Below, in pieces: positions 25,457-39,460 of a stretch of 64,000 nucleotides of DNA. Made by a program: the position numbers and the translations under genes. The notes beneath the pieces are model-generated. The model was not told where the DNA came from and made no database searches. It saw nothing but the letters and a program-made list of their open reading frames with translations. The stretch covers positions 14,880,001 to 14,944,000 of the forward strand of contig CP158635.1 in the NCBI GenBank assembly GCA_050273025.1, given 5' to 3'. This DNA is from Cenococcum geophilum. Taxonomy: Eukaryota. The number at the start of each line of letters is the position of its first letter. Position 1 is the stretch's first letter.

Positions 25457-28149
25457 AGTCAATTATATACAAGTTTAAGCTTTACTATAATGATTTAGAG
25501 CCTTGATTCGTTGATCAAATCCACAGCTTCATTTCGCCAAGACTTGATTCAATCTAGAGACTCTAGTTGGTTCGCTTGCGTGTACGCCTTTCTCAACGGC
25601 GCATGGGATAATAGCCGTATAGTACGTAGTAGTGGTATTAAAGCGTCTTACTATAGGGTTCCTGATCTAGTCTCAGACTATAGCCTTAAACTTATCTTAT
25701 AGTAAAGGACCTTTATTTTTAGTACCTAGCCGGTAATAAACTAGTTAGGCGATTAACTTTTCATTTATAAGACCTTTAATAGCGTAGCGCTTGCGTCACT
25801 TATAGTTATAGTTAGCGTTATTAACTTTAAATTAGTTATTAACTAATTCTATTATATCCTAAGTTAACTAAAAGAAAAGGTAGCTAACTATTATAGGACG
25901 AGGGTAGTGGCTATAGAACGTATATATTTAAGGAGTCTATAAGACATTACGCGATTGATTGTAAGGGTCGAGGGCGTAAGGAGGTAATATACCTACGCGT
26001 AGCTAATATAAGTTGTATATAAGGTATACGTAAGAGTACGGGGCTCTCTTATAGAGGCCCCTATAGTAGGGTTCTATAACACTACCCCCCCTCCTATAGA
26101 GGTGGAGCTCCGGTAACGCTATAGTTACTATATATATATAAAAGGGATATTTAAGGTATAGAGAAGAAAAAATAGGGTATTGCTAAAGGCTTATAATAAC
26201 GTTATATAATAAGGCTTAGTACCTAAGAATCTAACTAATTAGATAACTTTAACCGCCGGTTAAAGTTCCTAGACATCTTAATAATTTTCTAGTTATATAA
26301 TCGCACTTTACTATTACGCAACGGCAGTCTACGGCAATTTAATGGCAATTTGCCCTTACGTAGTAATATATAACGGTTTAACTCTATAAGGGCTCCTATA
26401 GAGGATTAGGTATAAAATCTCTACTTAGGCCTAGTTTCTATAGGTTCGCGTAATAAAAATCGCTAATTAGATCCTGTGCATTTTTAAAGTCTTCCTATAG
26501 TTACTATTCTGGCTAATCTATATCGAATCCTATATAGATAGCTCTATAGTAGAGCCGCTATCCTCTACCTTTATATATATAACCATACTAAGGTAGTTAG
26601 CCCGTAACCCTTTTAGGCGGCCGACTTTATAGGCTATAACCTTATTCTTAAATACCCTTAGCTTATAGAAGTAGATCTTAAGATACGCTTTAAGATAGGA
26701 GCCTTTAAATAGTAGAATAATAGGGAATTAGAAAGGCGTATATTACTAATAAGCTTAAAAGATATTCTAGAGGATATAGCTCTAGGTAAAATAGTATATA
26801 CTTTATACCTAAAGGAGTATTAGATCTAACCCCTATTTTATAATAAGACGGATATAAAGCCTAGTATAGGTAATAACCCCTCTATAATAGAGACCCTATA
26901 GGGAACTACTAGATAGGTTATAGAGACACTATAGGGAGGCGGCAATCTTAAAGATCTTATAAGATACTTCTACCGCTATAGGTTACTCTGGCTTAAGCAA
27001 TACGTAAAAAGTATACTATAATATCTTAAACGCTGCGTTAAAGAATTCCCTACCCTCTACTAGCTACTATATGTAATAGTTTAACGTATAGTGGTAATTA
27101 TATATAAGTAACTACTATAACGTATAACGCTACCCGTAAATATCCTAAGGGAGCTTTAGGACCTATCTAATAATAACGCGGAGGATAAACGTAACCCTAA
27201 TCTGTTAAATATCCTATTAGGTCTAAGGGACTTACTAAGGGTATTTTTAGGTAAGTAAGCTAAAGTCCTTTTATAGAACTTAGAATATAATTATATAATT
27301 AATCTAGAAGAAGGTAAACAGCCGCTAAACCTCCCTATTTATAACCTCTCTTATAAAGAGCTTAAAATTCTATAGAAGTACCTTAATAGCTTACTAAAAA
27401 AGGGGTAGATCTGGCTTAATAAGTTGTCCATAAGTATACTAATCCTCTTTATTCCTAAACTAGATAGAACTATAAGGCTATATATAGACTACTATAGTCT
27501 TAATAAGATTATAATTAAGAACTATTACTGTTGGTGTTACAGGGTAACTTACTAATGCTACTCGAGTAGACACAGTGAATGTTGGTTGTAAAGCTTGTTG
27601 TTTAGAATTAGGGGGTGGGTGAGGAACTTAAGGTTCCTCACTACGCTAGTGCCGCGGCGACACGTGACGACACGTGACGACTGCTTGCCTTATTCCCGAC
27701 ACTGGCAACTCTTCTTTTGTAGTTGCCATCTATATACACTTATAGATTGCTACTATATAAAGATATAAAGCTAAGGAGAAGAAGAAGGACGTTGGGGGTT
27801 AACGCGAATATAAAGGGGCCGCCAAGGCGCTAGTAGTAAGCGAGCTAATAGCGATTTTCCATCCCGGGGATGGAAAATCCTAATTGGTTGGCGGAAGTTA
27901 GGGTCGGTAGAATATGGCAGAATTTGGCAGGTAACGCGCCCCTACGCTGTTATACTTGCCCAAAGTCCTAGGTAGAAAACTGTATTATTAAAATAGGGTT
28001 GCGGAGCTAGCGGAGCGTAACTGGATAAGGCTAGCTCGAGCAAATGGGGACGATAGTTGACTAATAGGAATGCTCTTGAATTGCCTCTGTCATCGCATCT
28101 GCCGGGTTGTCTTGGCCATTAATCCATCGAATCCCAAATAGTTCTTGAT

Positions 28150-28405
28150 GCTCCACAAGGACCTCCACGAGGACCTCTGCGAGAACCTCCACGAGAACCT
28201 CCACAAGGACCTCCGCGAGGACCTCCGCAAGGACCTCCACGAGGACCTTCGCGAGGACCTCCACGATAACCTCCACGACGACCTCCGCGAGGACCTCTAC
28301 GAGAACCTCCGCGAGGACCTCCACGAGGACCTCCATGAGGACCTTCGCGAGGACCTCCATGAGGACCTTCGTGAGGACCTCCACGAGAACCTCCACGACG
28401 ACCTC
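28150..28405. repeat. 12-bp minisatellite (GAGGACCTCCAC-type) inside the Copia element
   Basis: About 20 tandem units. Confidence 0.9.
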
Positions 28406-28563
28406 GCGGTCGACATTGATCGTACCCTCTGCCGTATTCCAATTCCCCGCTAAACTTCTTCTCCTGATCTTGCTGTGGCAGAGTTTGGAGGTTGTTGGAT
28501 CGCGAAGCAAGGGGATCTTGCGCTTGCTCTTAAGGGGCAGTAGTTAAAGTTATAGGTTGAATT

Positions 28564-28735
28564 GGTGGATACTGGGGAGCTAAAGATAGAGGTGGAGGTG
28601 ATGGATACGGAACTAAAGATGGAGGTAGAGGTGATAGATACGGAACTAAAGACGGAGGTAGGAGTGATGAATGCGGAACTAAAGACGGAGGTGGAAGCGA
28701 TGGATACTGGGAAACTAAAGATAGAGGTAGAAGCG
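28564..28735. repeat. ~30-bp tandem repeat (GATACGGAACTAAAGACGGAGGT...) inside the Copia element
   Basis: About 5 degenerate units. Confidence 0.75.
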
Positions 28736-31700
28736 TCTCTGGTGGTGTATTGCTTAGATTCCCTCGTAAGTTAAGCTTCTTTTAGTGCTTGATCTCTTGT
28801 AGATTCCATTATAGGCTGAGCTTCTTTTAGTGCTTAATCTCTTATAGAGTCCATTCGTGCTCTTCTTTTGCGTTAATAACATACTCCTAAATATTATCTC
28901 TAATAATGCCCCCATCTATAGGGACAAATACTCTATTCTCCTGAAGGAAGTTACGGAAGTCTTATACGATAACCTTCTTCGCGAGAGCCTATATTTCCTT
29001 TATCCATCTAACGAAGTCCTCCTTTATGCAATACTATAGCATATTATTAACGTATTTGCTGTCCTTATAGTATGCTATGCGGTATAATAAGAATTTATTT
29101 AGCTCCTTTTGCTTAGCGGTTGTAAAGTTAGTTATAGGTCTATTCTATATCTTTGGGTTAATATCTTTCTTATACTTCTTTGGATAGGTTAACGCTATAA
29201 TAATAGTTATTCGATGTGTAGAGAGAGTCGAGAATATAGGGATAGCGTGCTGGTAGGACTTTGAGAGTCTGGCAGAGCTAAAATTGTTATAGGGTAAGGG
29301 CGCGCTAGTAACTGCCTTAGATGCTGATAGAGTATAAGGGCTAGAGAGCGCGTTATTAATATAATTTCGATGTGGCAGGGCCGCTAGAAACGTGGCAGAG
29401 TGTTAAGAGTATTATTTTTAACGCGTTTCGGACGTTAACTTAGGACCTTAGGTTTAGTAATACTTCTGACCTAAAGTACTTAACTAAATCTTTATAAACG
29501 TGGTTGTTCTGTATAATAGACGCAACTTGGTATCTCCTAGTACTTAGTGATACTTCTGTTACTAGTTTTCCGTAAGTTTAAGGTAGCATAGTATCGCTGG
29601 GATCTATTCCATATGAGCGCATATAGTACCCCTATACGAAACTATCTCTTCTATTGAAAACCTTGCTGTTCTGTAGTTAACTGTGTATTTAACCACTAAT
29701 TAGTGTTAGTGTTACAGGGTAACTCACTAATGCTACTTGAGTAGACATAGTGAATGTTGGTTGTAAAGCTTGTTGTTTAGAATTAGGGGGTGGGTGAGGA
29801 ACTTAAGGTTCCTCACCACGCTAGTGCCGCGGCGACATGTGACGACACGTGATGACCGCTTGCCTCATTCCCGACAATTACCTACTACTACTAGTTAGTA
29901 AAATACTAGATTAACTATTTAGGGCGAAGATCTTTATAAAGCTAGATCTATAAGACGCCTATTATAGGCTCCGTATTAAAGAAGGGGATAAGTAAAAAAC
30001 TACTTTTAAGACCTAATACGGCTACTTTAAGTATCTAGTAATGCCTTTTAGGCTAGCTAATACGCCTATAATATTCTAATTATACATTTATAGGGCCCTA
30101 GGGGGACTAGTTAACTATATATACGTTATCTATCTAGATAATATACTAATCTACTTAGAAGATAAGGATTAGTATAAGTAATACGTCTATAAAGTGCTAG
30201 AATGTTTAGATAATTAGGGCCTCTACGCTAAGGCGTTAAAGTATATCTTTAATACTAAGTAGGTCAAGTTCCTAGGTTATATTATAACACCTATAGGCGT
30301 AGTTATAGACCTAGTATAGGTGTAGATAATTTAAGAGTAGCTAGAGCTAGAGAGCTACTAGGATATTTAAGTATTCCTAGGCTTTACTAATTTCTATAGG
30401 CGCTTTATTTATAACTACTTAGATATTACCTAATACCTATTTAACTATATTATAGAAGCTTCCTAAAACCTAGCCTAAGAAGTAAAAGGCTTAAAGGTAG
30501 GAAGAAAGAAAACTAAAAAGGGACTAACTAAATAGTATAAACTATAGTTATAGCCTAGAAAGGTTTAAGAGGCTTTTTAAAAATTACGCGTAAAGTTTAT
30601 AGAAGCTCTATTACTACAGCATTTTAACCTAGATTAGCTATTAATAATAATTACTAATATATTAAATTTTGCCCTTATTAATATCCTACTATATCCTAAT
30701 AGTTATCTAAACGCTACCTAGCTCTACTAGAGACTAGTAATATTCTATAATAGAAAATTCTAGGGGCCTAAAATTAGGTATTATACCTATAATAAGAAAC
30801 TGCTAGCTATAGTTAACTACTTTAAATAGTAATAATATTACCTTAAGCACGTAAGCTATACTACTTATATACTCTTAGATTATTATAATCTACGCTACTT
30901 TATAACTATAAAGGAGCTTATACCTTAATAAGCTAGATAGGTAGAAGAGCTTACGCGATTTAATTTTAAGATTAAATATAAACTAGGGGAAAGTAACTCT
31001 ACTAATAAACCATTATAACGGCCAAACTATACTAAAGGCTTTAAAATAGGAGAAGGAACATAGATAATAGATATCTTACTCCCTATATTATAGAATAAGC
31101 TCTAGGTATAAAATGCTTAAATATCTATAGCTCTATATACTAAGTCTTAGACGGTATAAACCCTATTAGCTTCTATTAATATTTTAGTTAGTATTTAATC
31201 CGTTACTAATAAGGGTCTAAATATACCTAAATAGGATATCCCTAATATAAGTTTAGAACCTAGTAATACGCTACCTCTAATTGCTAAGCTATCCCCTTAA
31301 ACTAATAGCGAAGCTATAGAGTAATTAGAACTTAGAGCCCTATAATAACTAAAGGACTTTAGCCTTATAGCGGCCTTCCTAATATACACGTACTAAGAAG
31401 TTATAAGATCTATAGTACTATCTAGTCTTATACTTAGAGTAGTATAAGATAAAATAGCTTTTACCTAGGAACTATGTAAAAGATTAATAGATCTTATCTA
31501 TAAGGTGTAATAGAGGGACGCCTTCTATACTATCTTTAATATAGAAGTAGACTAGAAATATAATAAAAAGGAAGCTATAAGGCGCTAAAATTAGGAACTA
31601 GACCTAATAGGCCTACTGCGTAGAAATGGTAAGGTTTAGGTGCTATATAAAGTAAATCTATAACAGAAGATCCTTATAAGGAATTATAATAATCCTCTAG

Positions 31701-32641
31701 GTAGCTACTATAGTTAAGCTAAGATAGTAGAATTACTATAATATAAATACTATTAGCTAAAGCTTAAGTAGGAAGTAAAGGAGTATATTAGCTACTATAA
31801 GAAGTATTAAGTATATAAAATCCAAAGGTATAAGCTATAGGGTTTACTTAAATTAGTTCCCCCTACTAGTAAGCTATAGCAATATTACGCCATAGACTTT
31901 ATTATAGATCTCCCGCTATCTAAGGATAAGTAAGGATAAATATACAATTCGGTCCTTGTATTTATTAATAGGGTTTTAAAATATATCTAATACCTTCCCG
32001 TTAATAAGATAACTAATATATAAGCGCTTATAAACCTAATTAAAGAGAAATGCTTTCTTAAAGTAGATTAGCTATACTCTATTATTACTAATAGGGGTAG
32101 CATCTTTATAAGCTAATACTAGTTAGATCTATACTTTTATTTAAAGATAAACTACTATTATAGTACGGCTTTCTACCTATAGATAGATAGGTAAATAAAG
32201 CGCTAGAACTAGGAACTAGAGTCTTATCTATAAATATATTTAAACTACTAGCAAGATAACTAGTACGAACTACTTCTATACGCGGAATACGCTTATAACT
32301 TAAAGTAGTATTCGTTATATTAGTATATACTAATCTAGATTACCTATAGTATCCAACTATTAGGGTTTAATAGTATTAGGGTTTTTTAGATAATGCGAAT
32401 AAGCGAGTATAAAATATTCTTTATCTAATAGAAAATGCATAAAATATCGCAATCGATAAGGATAAAAGTGCCCTATGCGGAGCTTTTCTACCCTAACTAG
32501 GTAGAATAGGACTTAATTCTAGTAGAATTCGGCAGAATTTAGTAGACTTAGCAGAATTTAGCAGATATTGCAGGTATTACAGATATTACAGATATTGCGG
32601 ATATTACGGTACCTTTCCCCCTTAACTATATAATAGCTAAA

Positions 32642-32725
32642 GGTCCTTAAAATCAGACTCTACACCTATATGTAGTAAGGCCTACAAACCTACTAGTCTT
32701 TAGACTTAGCAGAGCTAACGTAGAG
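32642..32725 (+). ncRNA. Predicted HDV-like self-cleaving ribozyme (RIP-damaged copy)
   Basis: P1 GGTCCTT/AAGGCCT, P2 CTCTAC/GTAGAG, P3 ACC/AGT, L3 TATATGT, P4 hairpin, J4/2 CTAA. Confidence 0.7.
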
Positions 32726-33647
32726 ACGTCGCATAGTTGTGGGTAGGAGGGTGGTGGTAGTTAAAATGTTGTGGGGGGTAGTGAAAAGTTTTTACATAGG
32801 ATGGTGAGATTTCGAAAACCACTACTAATGGTACCCCCTTTATAGTAGATAACTGCTATACTCCTATTTAACCCTATATAATCCTTATAGATATAAGATA
32901 AAATCTAAACGTCCCCTAACCCCTAATAGAAAGTATTAATAACCTCTTATATTAACGAATAAATAAATATAAATAAACAAACGAGCAAATATATGGCCCC
33001 TCCTAACCCTTAAGGCGATCGCCCGCGGAGTATACGGTTACTTACTATTAACTACTAAATACTACCTAGCAGCCTAGATAATACCGTACGGTTTTCCTAT
33101 CTCCTTTTAAGGAGTGGTAACCCTTAGTAAGGGCCTAGCAATTAGGGCCTAGATATAAAAGATACCTAGGCATATATACACACGTCCCACTCGCCTTTTA
33201 GTATAGTAGTAGTTTATAAATAAATCCCCCTTATACCTTTAATAGGCATAGCGTATATAGTAATAGTTAATAGGAGATAGTATATAGGGGACGGTTAAAA
33301 TATAGGAAACAATAATAAGACACAGCGATTAATCGGCAAGGCCTAGCTAGGACGTAGTGAACCCTAGCTTAGGATAAGCTATAGAGAAGGAAGTAGTGGT
33401 TCCTAAGGAGTTTAAGACATCTAAGGAGGATAGGACGTAGCTATAGGCCTATAGGGCCGCTGCTATGGACGGACATGGTAAATTGGGGTTTTTTTATCCT
33501 ACTAAGATAGCTTATAGGGTTTTTCCTCCCCTAACCTAACTGTAGGGGTTTTCTTCCTGTAAATACATAAGTTTTCCCCCTACGATGGAGTAGTCTGCGT
33601 AGGCTAGTAGGATCCGTATTAGACGTTAATTAAAGAATTATTATTAT
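32642..33647 (+). mobile_element. ~1.0-kb non-autonomous retroposon (SINE-like), copy 1
   Basis: 15-bp TSD TATATAATAGCTAAA (32627-32641, 33648-33662); (TTA)n tail; homologous end to end with 61848-62856. Confidence 0.9.
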
Positions 33648-34672
33648 TATATAATAGCTAAATACTTAGAGAAAATCCACCTATTTTTCTTATAGTTCTT
33701 CTCTAATACTAATTCTTTAAAATACTCTATTTTCTTAAGAGTTTAGGATCTATCTATATTCTCTCCTATAATACTATATAACGTCCTTCTAAAAAGACTC
33801 TTTCTAGCTTATTACTTATTACTAGAATTAAGAGAATTTTAATTACTATAAGCAAGAGCCATAGCTAGCGCTTTTATTACTATTCTTAAGACTACTACTA
33901 AAGTATAGTTGTTAAAATCTTATATAGCGTCTTAGAGATAAAGTCCTTATACTTATCTTAACTTTTTGGTTAAAATATTATACTATTAAGATCCTTAGTA
34001 ATCTTATTAAACTTATTAAGGTCTTAAGCTAGAGCTAGCCTTTTATATAACGATATACTTCTAGGTATAAAACTCCTATTCTAATATCTTTCCTAAAGCT
34101 CTTTAACGCCGTTAAGTATAGGCTTATACTACTCCTTCTTCTAAACCTACTTAATATATTTTATATAACGGGCTAGATAAAGAATAAGTATAGCGGCGTA
34201 AAGGGGCAAGTTATCTATTTTATGGTAATATCTATTAAGGGTATTCTAAGTATTTTTAATATGTTTAAAGAACTCCTTATTAGATATATACTCTTCTATT
34301 ATATAATATTAGCTAAATTAAGAAATAGAAAGGGGAGATAAACTAACCTAGGATTTATTAAGGTGCTTAATTATAATATCTATTATAAAAAGTATATTCT
34401 TAAGCGTTACTTTATATCCCTAATATTTTAGGGTTACCTAGTAGAATATCTAAAGAAAACTTTTTATTATATAAAGCGCCTCCTAGTCCTTTAGACTAAG
34501 ATAGTCCTTTTTAAGTATATTAAGGTTATACTTAGTATACGTATTAATAGTAGACTCTTTCTAAATTACTACGTTAAGTATAAAATACTAGCTATTCTAT
34601 CTTATATAATTATTAAGTAGAATTCTTCTCCCTATAAGACTTTTAAACTCCCTTATATAACTAGCTAAGCTA

Positions 34673-34813
34673 TCCCTTCGCACGTTGGTTTGCGTCCTAC
34701 GGTATTAATAAGGGCCTAGCTAATAAGAGGCACGCGTTGGACGCCTGTGTGTATAGCTAAGCACGATGTTCTACGGCTTGGCGCCAGGTGTAGGACTCTA
34801 ACGTGCGAAGGGA
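34673..34813. mobile_element. MITE (Tc1/mariner-type), 141 bp
   Basis: TIR TCCCTTCGCACGTT / AACGTGCGAAGGGA, flanked by TA on both sides. Confidence 0.88.
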
Positions 34814-34954
34814 TAGATATATATAGTAATATTATAAAGCTTTCTAAGTACGCCAAGTTTCTAAAATATATTACTTTTCTCTTTCTCCTCTTTTAGATCT
34901 AACTCTTTTCCTTTTACCTTATCTATTTTATATAACTTAATATTATTAAGACTA

Positions 34955-35545
34955 TCCACCCGCCTTTATTATTACCTAACAGCTTGGACCTGCCGCACGC
35001 GGTATATGTCCTCCTTTGTGTTACAAAGGACCTAGGTTGGGGCCCTAGGAAAAGACACCTAGCACCGATTACTGTCCCGTTGTTTTGGTTTTAAAAAAGG
35101 TCATACAGGACTGGATATAAATGCATTATGTGGGAGGGCAGTGGATCATACTAGAAGGTATAATAATAAGATTGGATTATGCTGCAAGTAGGGAAGCTGC
35201 AAGTAGCATATATGTATGCATATAGGGCGGAGTAGGGGAAGGGCAGGTATACAATTCCACATAGGCAACAACAGATAGGGAAAGTGGTTCAAAAGGCAGA
35301 CAGGGCAAGACAGGCATTCGAGACACCTTACTTAGGGGTCTCTGAGCAGTAACCTGACGGTGTTTTTCCCCCCGTTGATGTAGTACGAATGCTATCTGGA
35401 AGTATTACCTCTCACGTTTCCCTCGGGGGTTTTTTGTTCACCCAAAAAATGGGTTTTTCTCAGTGTGTATATTGAGTTTTTACTATAGGAATTAGTCTGC
35501 GTGGACCCATTAGGGGGACCGGGTCGGACGGTAAATTGAATTTAT
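34955..35545 (+). mobile_element. ~590-bp retroposon sharing the 3' end of the resident LINE (SINE-like or 5'-truncated LINE)
   Basis: 14-bp TSD TATTATTAAGACTA (34941-34954, 35546-35559); 3' end CTGCGTGGACCCA..GGGACCGGG..GGTAAATTGAATTTATTATTA almost identical to 58713-58770. Confidence 0.85.
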
Positions 35546-35960
35546 TATTATTAAGACTAATTAAGTTTTTAAAGAGGAAAGCCTATACGGTAAGATTAAG
35601 AATATAACCCTAATAGCGGATCCGTTAGTAGATAGGATTCTATTTAATTCCTTCTTCTTAAAGAAGCTAGTTACTTATTATATAATAAAGCTTATTATTT
35701 ATAGTATAGTTATTAGATATAACGGCACCCAGCTTTTACATAATTCTATAGTCCTTAAGCACTAGAAGGAGAGTATTTTATTACTTATCTCTATTATAAA
35801 AGGCTACCGTACAGAGGCTAAGAAGAGCGTTTATAAGCTTTTCCTGGCTATTAGTGAAATAGCCGCAAATTATAAGGAGAAGGTAATTATTTAAAGAGGT
35901 CTAGATATTAATAGAGAGATAAATACTTATTAGTCTAGACTATAGCCTCTTTTATATAAT

Positions 35961-36141
35961 TATAACGGCGCTAGGGCATTGCCCCTACGACGTCTATATG
36001 CAGCCTAGTTAGGGGCTTACTTAGAGACTTAGCTCGTGTATATAGACCTTTCCTCAACCTTCTTCTACTCCTTAGCTTAGTATCTTTATAATATAGCATT
36101 CTACAAGCTTCGGTTTAGAGGCATTTATATAAGCCGTAACA
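35961..36141. mobile_element. Solo LTR, 181 bp
   Basis: T(G>A)TAACGG...CCGTAACA termini; 5-bp TSD ATAAT (35956-35960, 36142-36146); interrupts the hAT ORF. Confidence 0.85.
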
Positions 36142-37779
36142 ATAATATCCTTTTATAATAGCTATAAGTTATAAATCTTTTTTACTAACTGCTAAATAGG
36201 CTATAGTTATATAGCTATCTACTTTAGGATTAATTAACTATAGAAGAATATAGAACTCTAGCTACTTAACTATCTAAAATAGTAAGTTTTATATAATAAT
36301 TAACGTAATAAGGGCCTTATTAATAACTTCCTTATTTAGGACTATTTAGAGTACTTTTAAATCTAGCTCTTCTATCTTATCCCAAGACAATACTTTAAGG
36401 TAAAGGTCTTTTAATTAATCCTACATTACTTCTTTTATATAACTAGTTTTAGGCTTAACTATAATACTATACTTTAATACTAAGTAGTTTTATAAGTTAG
36501 AAGTTAGAAGTTAACTATATAGTATATAACTCTATATAGTGTTTATAATAGAATAAAAGATAGGCCTTTTTATTTTATATGGGCTTATTACTACCTAGTA
36601 GATAGGTATACTCCTATATTAAAAGAGCTAAGTAACCTCTTATATTTTTTAGTCGCCACTATTTATACACCCCCTACCTCATTTGGTTTAGATGCTTCCT
36701 CATTAAGTTAGATGCATCCTTATTAAGTTAGAATATTACATACGTTTAACTTATTTGCGCCTGCATCACGAAAATCAAAGTGCGAGTCCGTAGTACAGCT
36801 AGTATTTCGCTTAAATGCTAAGAGCCCTACGAGTAGATCTGTTGACGCGATTGGCAATTATAGAGCTAGTTATAGAGTTAATTAGCTGACCGCCGCGACG
36901 CTCTACAATTGCAGGCTCTTAAATGCGAAGTAGAGGTATTAATTTGGTCCTACCGGGCGCGGGCGTAGGCGCGAAGCAGAGGGAGCAGCACCTAAATTAG
37001 TTTGTGCGATGCCTTACAAAGCACTACGCAATCCAATTAATTAATTACCTCAGCGAGCTTAGACGCGATTTTTTAGCTAGCATTGGAATAACCTATGCCG
37101 TCTTCCGAATTGCAAAATCACGTCTAAATTACCTTAGCAAGCTCAGACGCGATTCTGTTGGTGCGGAGCCAGTCGGCCCACAAGCGAATAACTAACTACG
37201 TTTGTGGTAAACCACCAGAATCACGTCTGAGGGACATTTCTAACGTTTATTACATTTTCCGACAATATCCGCGTTGTGGAGGTTGCGGATATTAAAATAA
37301 CTTAATACTAGTATTTTATATCCTTTCCTAAAGTTTATTAATTATATAACAGAACCTAGGCTTTTAGGCTATATCATTTTTATTACTTAGGTATTCTTAG
37401 GTCTTATGCTTATTTTCGCAAAAAAAAACGCATTATTAAGGATTGTAGAACTCTATATAATTTTATTAAACGCTAGCTAATATATATAAAAACCATATAG
37501 ATCTACAATAGGTACCTTAGGGCACCTACTATAGCTAGGTAGATATACAGCATCCGCGTTATACTGGATAATCTTACTTTAAACCCTACTACAAGCCAAC
37601 TACCAAGTCACGGATATTTAAGTTAACCCATAGTATGCCGCTATAAAAACTTATTAGAAGGAGAGGTAGAAGGTTAAATAAGATACTAAAACAGCCGCTA
37701 CCGCATTAGGTGCCGGATACTTAAACTTAAAGAGGTTGTATAATAGAGTGGGCGCGATAGCTATGGGACCTTTAAGATT

Positions 37780-39460
37780 AGCTTCTTACGCTTTACGGAA
37801 AGAGCGAGGCCTAGTAGCTAAGTAAGGTTAATAAGGCTATTATATTTTTATATTTGTATTATAGATATATAAAGCAGCTTAAAGTCCTTAGGTGGTTACT
37901 ATTTAAGGAAAAATATATAATACTTATTATAAGAACCTTATTTAATAAGAGTATAATAATATAAGCAATACTATATCTTCTTCGGGCCTTAGTGGTAATT
38001 ATTATCTTGCTACTTAATATAATTAGTATAGAGCAGAAGGTAAAGATTAAGGAGCTTCCTAGAATAAGGCCGGTTTATATATATAAGGAGATAATATCTA
38101 AACGCCTTTTAGGGGAAATCCGCATTAGAGTATATACCTATATTTTAATATCGCTAGAGCTATTAGCTAGGGAAAAGCTCTATAAGATTCTTACCTACCC
38201 TACTTTCCGCGCATATATTGGCTTAGTAGTAATTAATAAGGTGCACCTTATAGCTAATTAGGGGGGTTTATTTTAGAGTTCGTATATACAGCTATAAAAA
38301 GTGCGGTTGTTATTAGGGCGAAGGCCTTAGTTTACTTATACCGCAACGCTTAATAATATAATATTTAAGATTATATAAGAGTTGGCGGGCTTTTAAGATA
38401 ATATTAATATAGTACGGACGTTAATTAACCGGCTAGATCTATTAATTATTAGAGAATATATTAAGCGAGGGAGTAAGAAGTCCTTTAAGAGCTTATACTT
38501 TGTTATAAACCGCGCATATAAAGAAGCTCTAAAAGGGAATCTATTATCTACACCAATTAGAAGGGTGTCTAGTTAGATATCTACTATATTTACCCATTAG
38601 AGGGTTAAATATACGCTAACTCCTTATTAGATCCCAAAGACGATTATCTTCTTTAATTTAAAGGAAATGATATTATAATGCAGAGACGCGATTTATTTAT
38701 AGTTAATATATTATAGGTACCAGAAAGCGCAGGCTAGAAAAGCAGTTTAGCTTTATTATATATTATTAGCTACTACAGATAAGGATAGACTATATAAGGA
38801 GTTTAGAAAGCCTAACTCTAAAATCTATTTTAGTTTCCTCTAATACGCTTACTTATAGCGCTAATATTCCTAATATTAACTATGCTGTATAGTATTACAT
38901 ACCTAAAATAAAGTTAATTAATATAATATAGCAACGATTTAGGCGCGCTGCTTATAGTAGTAGTTAAATAGGTATAGTAATATTCCTAATTAAGGATTAA
39001 TATAAAGGTCTATATAAGGATATTACTAGGCTAGCCAAAGGTTATAGTTATATAGGTAGAGCTTTCTAATTCTAGCCAAGTTAACTTAGACGTAAATATT
39101 ATATCGCGCGAGAGATACCGCAAGAGGTATCATAAGAAAACAGGGCTGCTAATTTTGCTAGTAATATATCTTTAAGAGTATCCATATATAGCGATATAGA
39201 TTCTAATCCGTCCGCATTTAATATAGGGTAAAAGCTTAGTTTAGGCGGAATATCCGTAGTTCTACCTATAGATATCCTACTAAAGAAGCCAGCGTGGCGC
39301 CTAAAGACTAAGGCCAAGAAAAGAGTAAAGCTCTCCTATTATATTTATGCTCTTATAAATAAGAAAAAGGGCTACTTATAAAAGATTATATTAGAGAACT
39401 ATAAGGAATAGTCTCTGTCCGCTAGTAGCTAGGGTTATTACTTTAACTATAATCCTACTT
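37780..39460 (+). pseudogene. RecQ-like SF2 helicase A (AcademH-like), RIP-inactivated
   Basis: De-RIP: RTSFGKS (motif I, ~37930), VIDEVHLIANWG (~38230), TATL, YGADIPDI, QRFGRAAR (~38932), CCxNC zinc site (~39435). Confidence 0.82.

Larger units (their letters stand above)
27529..29876 (-). mobile_element. Internally deleted Ty1/Copia-type LTR element with 173-bp LTRs and 5-bp TSD, inserted in the Gypsy RT
   Basis: LTRs 27529-27701 and 29704-29876 (TG...CA); TSD ATTAC at 27524-27528 and 29877-29881; RNaseH tail IRWINGQDNPADAMT; gag-like remnant. Confidence 0.92.
26450..32376 (+). mobile_element. Ty3/Gypsy LTR retrotransposon pol (protease-RT-RNaseH-integrase), RIP-inactivated and interrupted
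   Basis: De-RIP reading gives LILGYPWL (~26640), PILFVPK..LCVDYRGLN (~27440-27505), YLDDILIY (~30130), DKELLAI (~30790), TDRGS and AFHPQTDGQTER (~32090-32200); 5' boundary approximate. Confidence 0.9.

Noticed and set aside
25633..26094. PBS-like TGGTATTAAAGC (25633) and an LTR-end/PPT-like junction (about 26074-26094)
   Set aside because: The two signals imply opposite orientations and no partner LTR or TSD is in the window, so no LTR could be delimited
28061..28774. ORFs with EVLVEVLA, RGGPRGG, EDLHEDL and DTELK repeats as real proteins
   Set aside because: Products of stop-free tandem repeats inside the Copia element; only the NPADAMT tail is informative
34955..35050. Ribozyme at the 5' end of the 590-bp retroposon or of the LINE (53490)
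   Set aside because: Only simple hairpins found; I could not fit HDV, hammerhead or twister topology by eye
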